Origin: Mobula hypostoma
Lineage: Eukaryota
NCBI RefSeq assembly: GCF_963921235.1
Contig: NC_086097.1
Location: forward strand, 256,186,001 to 256,250,000
Reading direction: 5' to 3'
Length of the DNA: 64,000 nucleotides
Part shown: positions 25,616 to 39,594 of the stretch, piece after piece
How positions within the stretch are numbered: the stretch's first letter is position 1
How the letters are laid out: every line of letters begins with the position of its first letter
Notes under the pieces: generated by a model
The model's database searches: none
Told to the model about the DNA's origin: nothing
The model's input: only the letters and a program-made list of their open reading frames with translations
Translations under genes and position numbers: made by a program

Positions 25616-26053
25616 TGGTCATACCTTTTTTATTTCTCTGTTCCACCAAAACATCTCACTGGATGAGTTCTCCGGTCTGTCCTGATGGAGCATTGCCATG
25701 ACATGTTCCCGGACTAGTAACTCCACCCCTTCTCCTTTAATCACTCCCACTCTGTCAGGTCTAAAACAATGGAACCCTGAAATTTTGAGCTGCTAGTCCT
25801 GCCCCTCCTGCAACCAAGTCTCACAATGGCTACAATATCATAATTCCAGGTGTTGATCCATGGCCTGCGCTCATCTGCCTTTCCCACGTTATATTCAGCT
25901 CAGGACAATAGTTACATCATGCTCATCCTTTTCATTGCTGACTTTGTCTGAGGTCTTACTAACATCTATCTCCACAAACTCTACACAAACTGTTCTGGCA
26001 TTCTGGTTCCCATCCCCCTGCAACCAGAGTCTAAACCTCACAGTTCAGTATTA

Positions 26054-28340
26054 ACCATAGAACCATAGAAACTACAGCACAGAAACAGGCCTTTTGGCCC
26101 TTCTTGGCTGTGCCAAACCATTTTCTGCCTAGTCCCACTGACCTGCACACGGACCATATCCCTCCATACACCTCCCATCCATGTATCTGTCCAATTTATT
26201 CTTAAATGTTAAAAAAGAACCCGCATTTACCACCTCGTCTGGCAGCTCATTCCATACTCCCACCACTCTCTGTGTGAAGAAGCCCCCGCTATTGTTCCCT
26301 TTAAACTTCTCCCCCCTCACCCTTAACCCATGTCCTCTGGTTTTTTTCTCCCCTTGCCTCAGTGGAAAAAGCCTGCTTGCATTCACTCTATCAATACCCA
26401 TCATAATTTTATATACCTCTATCAAGCCTCCCCTCATTCTTCTACGCTCCAGGGAATAAAGTCCTAACCTATTCAACCTTTCTCTGTAACTGAGTTTCTC
26501 AAGTCCCAGCAACATTCTTGTAAACCTTCTCTGCACTCTTTCAACCTTATTTATATCCTTCCTGTAATTTGATGACCAAAACTGAACACAATACTCCAGA
26601 TTCGAACTCACCAATGCCTTATACAACCTCATCATAACATTCCAGCTCTTGTACTCAATACTTTAATTAATAAAGGCCAATGTACCAAAAGCTCTCTTTA
26701 TGACCCTATCTACCTGTGACGCCACTTGTAGGGAATTTTGTACCTGTATTCCCAGATCCCTCTGTTCCACTGCACTCCTCAGTGCCTTACCATTAACCCT
26801 GTATGTTCTACCTTGGTTTGTCCTTCCAACGTGCAATACCTCACACTTGTCTGTATTAAACTCCATCTGCCATTTTTCAGCCCATTTTTCCAGCTGGTCC
26901 AAGTCCCTCTGCAGGCTCTGAAAACCTTCCTCACTGTCTACTACACCTCCAATCTTTGTATCATCAGCAAATTTGCTGATCCAATTTACCACATTATCAT
27001 CCAGATCATTGATATAGATGACAAATAACAATGGACCCAGCACTGATCCCTGTGGCACACCACTAGTCACAGGCCTCCACTCAGAGAAGCAATTTTCTAC
27101 TACCACTCTTTGGCTTCTTCCATTGATCCAATGTCTAATCCAATTTACCACCTCTCCATGTATACCTAGCAACTGAATTTTCCTAACTAACCTCCCATGC
27201 GGGACCATGTCAAAGGCCTTACTGAAGTCCATGTAGACAATATCCACTGCCTTCCCTTCATCCACTTTCCTGGTAACCTCCTCGAAAAACTCCAATAGAT
27301 TGGTTAAACATGACCTACCACGCACAAAGCCACGTTGACTCTCCCTAGTAAGTCCCTGTCTATCCAAATGCTTGTAGATTCTGTCTCTTAGTACTCCCTC
27401 CAATAACTTACCTACTACCGACGTTAAACTTACTGGTCTATAATTTCCCGGATTACTTTTCGATCCTTTTTTAAACAACGGAACAACATGAGCCACTCTC
27501 CAGACCTTCGGCACCGCCCCTGTAGACAGCGACATTTTAAATATTTCTGCCGGGGCCCCTGCAATTTCAACACTACTCTCCTTCAAGGTCCAAGGGAACA
27601 CCCTGTCAGGTCCCGGGGATTTATCCACTTTAATTTTCCTCAAGACAGCAAGGACCTCCTCCTTTTCAACCTGTACAGTTTCCATGATCTCACTACTTGT
27701 TTCCCTTAACTCCATAGACTTCATACCAGTTCCCTTAGTAAATACAGACACAAAAAACCTATTTAAGATCTTCCCCATTTCTTTTGGTTCCGCACATAGC
27801 CGACCACTCTGATCTTCAAGAGGACCAATTTTATCCCTTACAATCCTTTTGCTCTTAATATACCTGTAAAAGCTCTTTGGATTATCCTTCACTTTGACTG
27901 CCAAGGCAACCTCATGTCCTCTTTTAGCCCTCCTGATGTCTTTCTTAAGTATTTTCTTGCACTTCTTATACTCCTCAAGCATCTTATTTACTCCCTACTT
28001 CCTATACATGTCATACAACTCCCTCTTCTTCTTTATCAGAGTTGCAATATCCCTTGAGAACCAAGGTTCCTTATTCCTATTCACTTTGCCTTTAATCCTG
28101 ACAGGAACATACAAATTCTGCACTCTCAAAACTTCTCCGTTGAAGGCTTCCCACCTACCGATCACATCCTTGCCAGAGAACAACCTGTCCCGATCCACGC
28201 TTTTTAGATCCTTTCTCATTTCTTCAGATTTGGCCTTCTTCCAGTTAAGAACCTCAACCTTAGGACCAGATCTATCCTTGTCCATGATCAAGTTGAAACT
28301 AATGGTGTTATGATCACTGGAACCAAAGTGCTCCCTGACA
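26054..28340 (-). mobile_element. Young 5'-truncated CR1 (same family as 9735-16557)
   Basis: ORFs 26129-26635, 26663-27982 and 27995-28291 are nearly identical to the 678 aa ORF. Tail aaccatagaaccatagaa. Confidence 0.92.
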
Positions 28341-28344
28341 CAGC

Positions 28345-30140
28345 CTTCCTGCTTGGATATTAGTCCCCTTCCAGTTCATGTGCAAAACATCCCTTCTGTA
28401 CAGGTTCCACCTTCCCTGAAAAGATACCCAAATGATCCAAATATCTTATGCTCTCCCTCCTACACCAATTCCTTAGCCACATATTAAACTGTATAATCTG
28501 TCCAGTTCTGACCTTGCTAGCAGGTAGTAGCAATCCTGAAATCACAACTTGGAGGCCTTGCCCTTTAACCTAGTCCCTTATTCCCTGAAATCCCTATGCA
28601 GAGCCTTGTTAATCATCCTACCCATGTCATTAGTACCTACATGGACCACGAATGTTCACCATTCCATCTGACAATACTGAGCACTCAATCCAAGACGTCC
28701 CAGACCCTGGTCCCCGGGAGACAACATACCATCCAGGAATCTCACTCTCACCCACAGATCCACCTTTATGTTCCCCTAACTAATGAATCCTCTATCAGAA
28801 AGCCAGAAGGCATGTGATCCAGGGATGTTTGGCCAGGTGGATTCAGAATTGGCTTGCCTGCAGAAGGCAGAGGGTCATGGTGGAGGGAGTACATTCAGAT
28901 TGGAGGGTTGTGACTAGTGGTGTCGCGCAAGGATCGGTTCTGGGACCTCTACTCTTTGTGATTTTTATTAACGACCTGGATGTGGGGGTAGAAGGGTGGG
29001 ATGGCAAGTTTGCAGACGACACAAAGTTTGGTGGTGTTGTAGATAGTGTAGAGGATTGTCGAAGATTGCAGAGAGACATTGATAGGATGCAGAAGTGGGC
29101 TGAGAAGTGGCAGATGGAGTTCAACCCAGAGAAGTGTGAGGTGGTACACTTTGGAAGGACAAACTCCAAGGCAGAGTACAAAGTAAATGGCAGGATACTT
29201 GGTAGTGTGGAGGAGCTGAGGGATCTCAGGGTACATGTCCACAGATCGCTGAAAGTTGCCTCACAGGTAGATAGGGTAGTTAAGAAAGCTTATGGGGTAT
29301 TAGCTTTCATAAGTCCAGAGACAGTTTAAGAGTTGTGATGTAATGATGCAGCTCTATAAAACTCTGGTTAGGCCACATTTGGAGTACTGTGTCCAGTTCT
29401 GGTTGCCTCACTATAGGAAGGATTTGGAAGCATTGGAAAAGGTACAGAGGAGATTTACCAGGATGCTGCCTGGTTTAGAGAGTATGCATTATGATCAGAG
29501 ATTAAGGGAGCTAGGGCTTTACTCTTTGGAGAGAAGGAGGATGAGAGGAAACATGATAGAGGTGTACAAAATATTAAGAGGAATAGCTAGAGTGGATAGC
29601 CAGCGCCTCTTCCCCAGGGCAGCACTGCTCAATACAAGAGGACATGGCTTTAAGATAAGGGGTGGGAAGTTCAAGGGGGATATTAGAGGAAGGTTTTTTA
29701 CTTAGAGAATGGTTGGTGCGTGGAATGCACTGCCTGAGTCAGTGGTGGAGGCAAATACACTAGTGAAATTTAAGAGACTACTAGATAGGTATATCGAGGA
29801 ATTTAAGGTGGGGGGTTATAGCAGAGGCAGGGTTTGAGGGTCGGCACAACGTTCTACCACAGCAGACTTCTTCTCTCCCCTTCCCTTCTGAGTCACAGAG
29901 CCAGATTCAGTGCCATGGACCAGACTGCTGTGATTTTTCTCTGCTAGGACACCCACCCTAGTCCCCCAACAGTATCCAAAGTGATATACTTGTTATTGAG
30001 GGCGACAGCCACAGAAATACTTTGCACTGGCTCTTTAACCACTTTCCCTTTCCTGACTGTCACCCAGTTTCCTGTGTCCTGCACCTTGGGTATAACTACC
30101 TCTCTATATGTCCTACCAATCACCCCTTCAGCCTTCCTAT
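28345..30140 (-). mobile_element. Decayed CR1 ORF1 region, interrupted by a + strand CR1 (28795-29855)
   Basis: ISGLL..FNMWLRNWCRRE on the minus strand. The inserted + copy encodes GVAQGSVLGP/FADD and a 3' end. Confidence 0.7.
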
Positions 30141-30351
30141 AAACTTTCTATTTTGCTTTCTCTGATTGAAGCCTCAAAATCACCACTCGAATGATGGCTG
30201 CTGCACCTGTCCCTGTCTTCCTTTCATTTGTTCTTGCTAATCAATCCCAAACACCGATTGATCGCTGGTCAGAGCTCCAAACAAACTGGTGTAAGTTGTT
30301 GCCCTTTAATACTCGGTCACATATATGTGACTATTTGAAACAACACTGTTT

Positions 30352-33300
30352 AGAACATAGAAAATCTACAGCACATTACAGTCCCTTCGGCCCACAATGT
30401 TGTGCCGACCATGTAATCTATTCTAGAAACTGCCCTAGAATTTCCCTACCATATTGCTCTCTATTTTTCTAAGCTCCATGGCGCAAGAGTTCCTTAAAAG
30501 ACCCTATGGTATCTGCCTAAACCAACTTCGCTGGCAGTGCATTCCATGCACCCACCATTCTCTGTGTAAAAAACGTACCTCTAACAACCCCCTTGTACCT
30601 ACTTCCATAAAATTTAAAACTATGCCCCCTTGTGATAGCCATTTCAGTCGTGGGAAAAAGCCTCTGGCTATCCACATGATCAATGCCTCTCATCATCTTA
30701 TACACCTCTATCAGGTCACCTCTCATCCTCCGTCACTCTAAAGACAAAAGGCCAAGTTCACTCAACCTATTCTCATAAGGCATGCTCTCCAATTCAGGCA
30801 ACATCCTTGTAAATCTCCTCTGCACTCTCTCCATAGCATCCACATTCTCCCTGTAATGAGGTGATCAGAGTACTCCAAGTGGGGTCTAACGAAGGTCTTA
30901 TATAGCTGTAACATTACCTCACAGCTCTTGAACTCAATCCGATGGTTGATGAAGGCCAACCAAAGTGTGAGGTGGTTAATTTTGGTAGGTCAAATATGAT
31001 GGTAGAGTATAGTATTAATGGTAAGACTCTTGGCAGTGTGGAGGATCAGAGGGATCTTGGGGTCCGAGTCCATAGGACGCTCAAAGCTGCTGCGCAGGTT
31101 GACTCTGTGGTTAAGAAGGCATACACTGCCTTAGCCTTCATCAACCGTGGGATTGAGTTTAAGAGCCAAGAGGTAATGTTACAGTTATATAGGAACCTGG
31201 TCAGACCCCACTTGGAGTACTATGCTCAGTTCTGGTCACCTCACTACAGGAAGGATGTGGAAACAATAAAAAAGGGCGCAGAGGAGAGTTATATATAACA
31301 TATAAAATATAACCATATAACAATTACAGCACGGAAACAGGCCATCTCGGCCCTTCTAGTCTGTGCTGAACTCCTACTCTCACCTAGTCCCACCGACCTG
31401 CACTCGGTCCATAACCCTCCATTCCCTTCCTGTCCATATATCTATCCAATCTAACTTTAAACAACAACATTGAACCTGCCTCAACCACTTCTACTGGAAG
31501 CTCGTCCACACAGCCACCACTCTCTGAGTAAAGAAGTTCCCCCTCATGTTACCCCTAAACTTTTGCCCTTTAACTCTCAACTCATGTCCTCTTGTTTGAA
31601 TCTCCCCCACTCTCAATGGAAAAAGTCTATTCACATCAACTCTGTCAATCCCCCTCATAATTTTAAACACTTCTATCAAGTCCCCTCTCAACCTTCTACG
31701 CTCCAAAGAATAAAGACCAAACTTGTTCAACCTTTCTCTGTAACTTAGGAGATGAAACCCAGGCAACATTTTAGCAAACCTCCTCTGTACTCTCTCAATT
31801 TTATTGACACCTTTCCTATAATTCGGTGACCAGAACTGTACACAATACTCCAAATTTGGCCTTACCAATGCCTATACAATTTCAACATTACATCCCAACT
31901 CCTATACTGAATGCTCTGATTAAAAAAGGCCAACATGCCAAAAGCTTTCTTCACCACCCTATCCACATGAGATTCCACCTTCAGGGAACTATGCACCATT
32001 ATTCCTAGATCTCTCTGTTCAACAGCATTCTTCAGTGCCCTACCATTTACCATGTATGTCCTATTTTGATTAGCCCTACCAAAATGTAGCACCTCACATT
32101 TATCAGCATTAAACTCCATCTGCCATCTTTCAGCCCACTCTTCTAACTGGCCTAAATCTCTCTGCAAGCTTTGAAAACCTACTTCAGTATCCACAACGCC
32201 ACCTATCTTAGTATCATCTGCATACTTACTAATCTAATTTACCACCCCATCATCCAGATCATTAACATATATGACAAACAACATTGGACCCAGTACAGAT
32301 CCCTGAGGCACACCGCTACACACCGTCCTCCAATCTGACACACGGTTATCTACCACTACTCTTTGGCATCGCCCATCCAGACACTGCTGAATCCATTTTA
32401 CTACTTCGATATTAATGCCTAACGATTGAACCTTCCTAACTAACCTTCCGTGTGGAACCTTGTCAAAGGCCTTGCTGAAATCCATATAGACAACATCCAC
32501 CACTTTAACCTCGTCAACTTTCCTAGTAACCTTACCAAAAAATTCAATAAGATTTGTCAAACATGACCTTCCATGCACAAATCCATGTTGGTTGTTCCTA
32601 ATCAGACCCTGTGTATCCAGATAATTATATATACCATCTCTAAGAATACTTTCCATCAATTTACCCACCACTGACGTCAAACTCACAGGCCGATAATTGC
32701 TTGGTTTACTCTTAGAACCCTTTTTAAACAATGGAACCACATGAACAATATGCCAATCCTCCGGCATATGAGGATCTAATGACATTTGAAATATTTCCGT
32801 CAGAGCCCCTGCTATTTCCACACTAACTTCCCTCAAGGTCCTGGGGAATATCTTGTCCAGACCCGGAGACTTATCCACTTTTATATTCCTTAAAAGTGCC
32901 AGTACTTCCTCTTCTTTAATCGTCATACTTTTCACAACTACCCTTCTTGTTTCCTTTACCTTACACAATTCAATATCCTTCTCCTTAGTGAATACCGAAG
33001 AAATTGTTCAAAATCTCCCCCATCTCTTTTGGCTCCGCACATGGCCGTCCACTCTGATTCTCTATGGGACCAATTTTATCCCTCACTATCCTTTTGCTAT
33101 TAACATAACTGTAGAAACCCTTTGGATTTATTTTCACCTTACTTGCTAAAGCTGCCTCCTATCTTCTTTTAGCTTTTCTAATTTTCTAATTTCTTCCTTC
33201 AGATTCCTTTTACATTCTTTATATTCCTCGAGCATATTCCTCATTAACTCCAAGCTGTCTATATTTATTGCAAATCCCTCTCTTTTTCCGAACCAAGTTT

Positions 33301-36300
33301 CCTATATCCTTTGAAAACCATGGCTCTCTCAAACTTTTAACCTTTCCTTCTTTCCTTTCAACCTAATAGGAACATAAAGATCCTGTACCCTCAAAATTTC
33401 ACCTTTAAATGACCTCCATTTCTCTATTACATCCTTCCCATAAAACAAATTGTCCCAATCCACTCCTTCTAAATCCTTTCGCATCTCCTCAAAGTTAGCC
33501 TTTCTCCAATCAAATATCTCAACTCTGGGTCCAGTCCTATCCTTCTCCATAATTATATTGAAACTAATGCTACTGTGATCACTAGACCCGAAGTGCTCCC
33601 CAACACATACCTCTGTCACCTGCCCTATCTCATTCCCTAACAGGAGATCTAACACTGCCCCTTCTCTAGTTGGTACCTCCATGTATTGCTGCAAAAAAAC
33701 TATCTTGCACACATTTCACAAACTCCAAACCATCCAGCCCTTTTACAGAATGGGCTTCCCAGTCCATGTGTGGAAAATTAAAATCTCCCACAATCACAAC
33801 TTAGTGCTTACTACAAATATCTGCTATCTCCTTACAAATTTTCTCCTCCAGTTCTCGGTCCCCATTAGGTGGTCTATAATACACCCCTATAAGCGTCACT
33901 ACACCTTTCCTATTCCTCAATTCCACCCAAATAGCCTCCCTGGGCAAGTCCACTAATCTATCCTGCCAGAGGACTGCTGTTATATTTTCTCTGACAAGCA
34001 ATGCAACACTTCCTCCTCTTGCCCCTCCTATTCTATCACACCTGAAGCAACGAAATCCAGGAATATTTAGTTGCCAATCACACCCGTCCTGTAACCACGT
34101 TTCACTAACAGCTACAACATCATATATTCAGGTATCAATCCATGCTCTAAGCTCATCCACCTTTCTTACAATGCTCCTAGCATTAAAATAGATGCATTTA
34201 AGAAACTCTCCACCTTTTACTCTCTTTTTATCCTTAATGGAGCAAACAACTTTGTTATCTTTTTCGTCCTTGTCCCCTACATCTTTGGTCTGAGTGCTCC
34301 TGATCTCTGTCCCCTGCCTATCCTCCCTCACACACTGTCTACTAGCTTTCTCTATTTGTGAACTAACCTCTCTCCTAGTCTCTTTAATTTGATTCCCACC
34401 CCCCAACCATTCTAGTTTAAAGTCACCTCAGTAGCCCTCGCAAATTTCCCTGCCAGGATATTGGTTCCCCTGAGGATTCAAGTGTAGCACGTCCTTTTTG
34501 TACAGGTCACACCTGAGCCAAAAGAGGTCCCAATGATCCAAAAACTTTAATCCCTGCACCCTGCTCCAATCCCTGAGCCATGCATTTAGCCTCCACCTCA
34601 TTGCATTCCTACTCTCACTGTTGCGTAGCACAGGCAGTAATCCCGAGATTACTACTTTTGCGGTCCTTTTTCTCAACTCCCTTCCTAACTCCCTATATTC
34701 TCCTTTTAGGACCTCTTCCCTTTTCCTACCCATGTCATTGGTACCTATATGTACCATGACCTCTGGCTCCTCTCCTTCCCACTTCAGGATATCTTGGACT
34801 CGATTAGAAATATCCCGGACACTGGCACCAGGGAGGCAAACTACCATCCGGATCTCTGGACTGCGTCCACAGAATTGCCTATCTGACCCCCTTACTATTG
34901 AGTCCCCTATTACAACTGCCCTCCTCTTCCTTTCCCTACCCTTCTGAGCAACAGGGCTGGACTCTGTGCCAGAGGCACGGCCACTGTCGCTTCCCCCAGG
35001 TAAGCTGTTCCCCCCCAACAGTACTCAAACAGGAGTACCTATTGTCAAGGGGCACAGCCACTGGGGTACTCTCTATTACCTGACTCTTCCTCTTCCCCCT
35101 CCTAGCCGTGACCCACTTGTCTGTCTCCCGTGGCCCCGGAGTGACCACCTGCTTGGAACTCCTCTCTATCAACTCCTCACTCTCCCTGACCAGACAAAGG
35201 TCATCAAGTTGTAGCTCCAGTTCCCTAACGCGGTCCCTTAGGAGCTGCATCTCGGCGCACCTGGCGCAGATGTGGACACCCAGGAGGCTTGCAGACTCCA
35301 TGACCTCCCACATCCCGCACTGAGAACAACAAGCTGGCCTCACACTCATCCTTCCCCTCTCTTCAAATAACAACAAAAATGAATACCAAACCCTCTTCCC
35401 CTCACCCATTTCCGCCTAAGCCCGTTAAGCCGAAGCCCTCAAGCCTTCACTCTGCTCCCGGCTCACTCCGCAGCCCGCAAACTACGCTGCCTGCTGTAAA
35501 AGGCTCTGTTCCTTTTAAATCTTCTGCGCTTTACTGCCCGATGTCACACGCCTGCAGAGTCCCGCATCTCTGAACACCGATGAAAAAAAAACCGAAAAAT
35601 TCAAGGATGTTGCCTGGATTGGGGAGCATGTTTTATGAGAATAGAACATAGAACAGTATAGCACAGGTAGGCCCTTCGGCCCACAATGTTGTGCCGACCC
35701 TTAAACCCTGCCTCTCATATAGCCCCCCACCTTAAATTCCTCAATATACCTGTCTAGAAGTCGCCCTTTTCTCCTTGGAGCGGTGGAAGATGAGAGGTGA
35801 CTTGATAGAGGCGTATAAAATGATGAGAGGCATTGATGATGTGGATAGTCAGAGGCTTTTTCCCAGGGCTAAAATGGCTAACACGGGACAGTACAGTTTT
35901 AAGGTGCTTGGAAGTAGGTACAGAGGAAATGTCAGGGGTAAGTTTTTTTTTAACGCAGAGAGTGGTGAGCGCGAGGAATGGGCTGCTGGCAACGGTGGTG
36001 GAGGTGGATATGATAGGGTCTTTTAAGAGACTCCTGGACAGGTACATGGAGCTTAGAAAAATAGAGGGCTATGGGTAACCCTAGGAAATAATTTCTGAGT
36101 AAGTACATGTTCGGCACAACATTGTGGGCCAAAAGGCCTGTATTGTGCTGCAGGTTTTCTATGTTTCTAACACACCATATGCCTTCTTAACAACACTGTC
36201 AACCTGCACAGCAGCTTTCAGTGTCCTATGGACATGGACCCCAAGATCTCACTGATCCTCCACACTGTCAAAAGTCTTACCATTAATATTATATTCTGTC

Positions 36301-36360
36301 TTTAAATTTGACCTACCTAAATGAACCATTTCACCCTTATCTGGGTTGAACTCCATCTGC
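30352..36360. mobile_element. Nested CR1 hosts: minus copy (30352-30960 + 36169-36360) containing a plus copy (30961-31291 + 35602-36168)
   Basis: Split points rejoin as gaaggccaac|acaccatatgcc and gaggaga(g)tta|caaggatgttgcc. Confidence 0.75.
31292..35601 (-). mobile_element. Full-length (about 4.3 kb) CR1: 5' UTR, ORF1 (Zn finger, leucine zipper, SGNH esterase), ORF2 (APE + RT), tail; frameshifted
   Basis: CSQCGMWE...[68 protein letters not shown]. Tail (ttatatgg)-like at 31292-31320. Confidence 0.9.
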
Positions 36361-36367
36361 TTTTAGT

Positions 36368-36455
36368 AGACACAAGAGACTCAGCAGATGCTGGAATTTC
36401 CTGATGCAGGGTCTCAGCCTAAAATATCTACTGTTTATTCCTTTCCATGGGTGCA
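36368..36455. mobile_element. Highly decayed PLE terminal remnant
   Basis: acaagagactcagcagatgctggaa (minus-type PLE tail) abuts cCTGATGC-agggtctcagcct-AAAA-tatctactg (decayed plus-strand hammerhead). Confidence 0.45.
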
Positions 36456-36815
36456 CTTACTCACCTTCATCTTTCATCTCACATTCTTGATATTTATTAC
36501 TTATTTATTTCTTATTATTATTATTTTGTATTTGCAGTTTGTTGTCTTTCAAAGTAAATTTGTTATCAACGTACATACATGTCACCATATACAATCCTGA
36601 GATTCATTTTCTTGAGGGCATACTCAAGTTGTTTGTCCATCCTGTTGGGTGCAGTCTTTTGTTGATTTTATTAGGGTTGTACACGGTGACATATATATAC
36701 TTCTATAATAGACTTACTTTGAACACCCTGGGTATGCTGCTCGAGAATGCTTCAGAGGTAACAAAATATATTGTTGTTTCTTCCAGTGTTAATAATGTGA
36801 TCTGTGCTTACTTAC

Positions 36816-36882
36816 TCAAATAAGCCTGAGATCCTTCTAATGCATTTCCTCCTAAAGAGTTGTTCATGTGTTCATAGAGTTC
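36816..36882 (-). CDS. avl9: AVL9 internal coding exon, 67 bp
   Basis: Minus strand reads aaactag|GAA CTC TAT GAA CAC ATG ... TAT TTG A|gtaagt = ELYEHMNNSLGGNALEGSQAYL plus 1 nt. It continues the previous exon in phase 0 and matches recalled AVL9 ELYEHMNSSLGGASLEGSQVYL. Confidence 0.95.
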
Positions 36883-37780
36883 CTAGTTTAATCATTTAAA
36901 AAAAACAAGTTAAAAGCATTCAAACCAACTTGTGCACTCTAATGTCAAATTCATGTTTCATTTTGCTTTGCTTAATGTACGAAATGTCTTATTACTTAAG
37001 TGCAATGTAACAAAATTCACCACTTGAGTCACAAAGACAGATCTTAAGTGCAGAATTTTAACACAAGCAAGGTGGAGCTAACTCCTTTTGAATACTATCT
37101 CATTATTCCTTCATTTTGAACTATTTACTTTTGTGATATATAGATTTTTTTTTACAAAACAACAAAGTTCAATCATATGACACTGATAATAAATTTGATT
37201 CTGATTCTAAAAACCTGCTGCAAGTGAAATTTATGCTTTTCAATAGTCAGGTGTATCTAATCTGCCCAATTCAAAGTTTAATGGAGGCAGACCAAATGGC
37301 AGATCATCCAATTCACTGCTAATTGGCAGAGTGGGTATATGACGATACCTGAAATACTGGGAGGTTCTGGTATTCACATTTTAAAAGGTTCCAAGATACC
37401 CAATAAATTAAGGCAGACGATGTCAAACTCCATCCGGAATGTGTAGCTTTGCTTGTAGCTTAGAAAAATAGAGGGCTATCGGTAAGTCTAGCAATTTCTA
37501 AGGTAGGGACATGTTTGGCACAACTTTGAGGGCTGAAGAGCCTGTATTGTGCTGTAGGTTTTCTATGTTTCTCCTTCCCACTCAACCACGGAATGACATT
37601 TAACTTATAAAGACTCTTTGTACAAGACCTCGGTGAGACCGTATTTGGAAAATTCTATTCAATTTTGGTCACCTACAAAGGAAAGATGTCATTAATTATT
37701 GGGAGAAAATTTATGAGGGTGGATCTGAGGGACTGTGTTATGGAGAGAGGTTGAGCAGACTGGGACATTATAGATTAGAA

Positions 37781-37859
37781 TAGGGGTTCCCAACCTGGGT
37801 TCCATGAACTCTTACTTAATAGTATTGATCCATGGCATAAAAAAAAATGAGAATCCATG
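37781..37859. mobile_element. Possible tiny hAT MITE in an old LINE fragment
   Basis: taggggttcccaacc ... tgagaatccatg degenerate termini; TSD poorly conserved. Confidence 0.3.
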
Positions 37860-38626
37860 CATTAGGGCATTGGAGACTGAAGGGTGGGTGATCTTACAGA
37901 GGTATAATTCTGAGAGGCTTTAATGGGGTCAATGCTAGTCTTTTGCCTTAGAATTGGCGAATCAAGAGGCATAGGTTTAAAGTCACGGGGCAGGGAGTTA
38001 ATGGAAACATGAGGGGCAACTTTTAACACAGATTTCCAGTGAAATATTACGTATTTTACATCATTTCAAAGGATATTTATACTTAAAAGAATCTACTCAA
38101 TGCACATTAGAAATTAAATATAGTTATAAGCTTTGCTGCATTTAAGTGGACAAAGACAAGGGAAATCACGACAGTGAAACCTCGAAAAACGTGCATTGAG
38201 GTCAACATTGGCTTATAAAGTCCTATGAACATTCTACCTTCAACCTGAGACATTCATTTCATTTCACTTTCATAAATCTTATCCTGCTTTATCTACTCAG
38301 TCTTTCCATCAGGTTGAATAATGTCTTCAACCTGAAATATTCATCTCATTTCCCTTTGACAGATTCTGCTTTATCTACTGAGCCTTTTCATCATTTTGTT
38401 TTTATTTCAGATTTCTAGCATTTGCAACTTCTTGATTCCAAAACTTTATACATAAACATAATGAATACAAAATGTACACAATCTATGAATCAGTCACATA
38501 TTCAGACTGAACTATCAATACTTTCCTGTAAAATACATTGTAACAAGAGTCCCATGATTGATATTGTGGGTAAAACACATGGGAGTTCAAGGCCGTCATG
38601 AAGAAATTAATAAATCAGCTGAAAGA

Positions 38627-39166
38627 TTTGGTCCCCTAATCTGAGGAAAGACATCCTTGCCATAGAGGGAGTACAAACAAGGTTCACCAGATTGATTCCT
38701 GGGATGGCAGGACTTTCATATGAAGAAAGACTGGATGAACTGGGCTTGTACTCGTTGGAATTTAGAAGATTGAGGGGGGATCTGATTGAAACGTATAAAA
38801 TCCGAAAGGGATTGGACAGGCTAGATGCAGGAAGATTGTTCCCGATGTTGGGGAAGTCCAGAACAAGGGGTCACAGTTTGAGGATAAAGGGGAAGCCTTT
38901 TAGGACCGAGATTAGGAAAAACTTCTTCACACAGAGAGTGGTGAATCTGTGGAATTCTCTGCCACAGGAAACAGTTGAGGCCAGTTCATTGGCTATATTT
39001 AAGAGGGAGTTAGATATGGCCCTTGTGGCTACGGGGATCAGGGGGTATGAAGGGAAAGCTGGGGCGGGGTTCTGAGTTGGATGATCAGCCATGATCATAA
39101 CAAATGGCGATGCAGGCTCGAAGGGCCAAATGGCCTACTCCTGCACCTATTTTCTATGTTTCTATG
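38627..39166 (+). mobile_element. Young CR1 3' fragment in the short avl9 intron
   Basis: ORF 38692-39075 is nearly identical to 23289-23783 and 41981-42301. Tail ttctatgtttctatg. Confidence 0.88.
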
Positions 39167-39594
39167 GGTTGGATGACAACAAGATGATGGGTTAAGGATG
39201 AAAGTTGAAAAGTTTAAGGAACATGAGGGAAAACTTTTTCACCCAATGAGGGGTGAGATATGGTGCCAGCAGCCAGTGAAGGGCCTGCAGCAGACCCAAT
39301 GAAGGGACAAGCAAGGGAGTGGGCAGCGGGCATCTAACAGGCCCAGCAACCACCGAAGGGTGCTCGATGGGGCCGGGGACTGGTGAAGTGTGCTTGATTG
39401 GTCAGGGGCCCGGTGAAGGGTGAGTGACAGGGTCACTTCAGGCTTCTAGCACTATTCTGATGATAAAACTGCAGTTTTGTTGCATGAAGGCAATACTACA
39501 TTCCAACACAAACTCTGTGCAGTGTGCAAAGGAAGACTATCCCTCTTTCTTGCAAGGTTTCGACTGAGAATAAAAAGAACATTAATTTGCTCAC

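Noticed and set aside
39245..39440. GC-rich patch with recurring (g/a)tgaaggg motifs
   Set aside because: No clear period, ORF or family signature; cannot assign.
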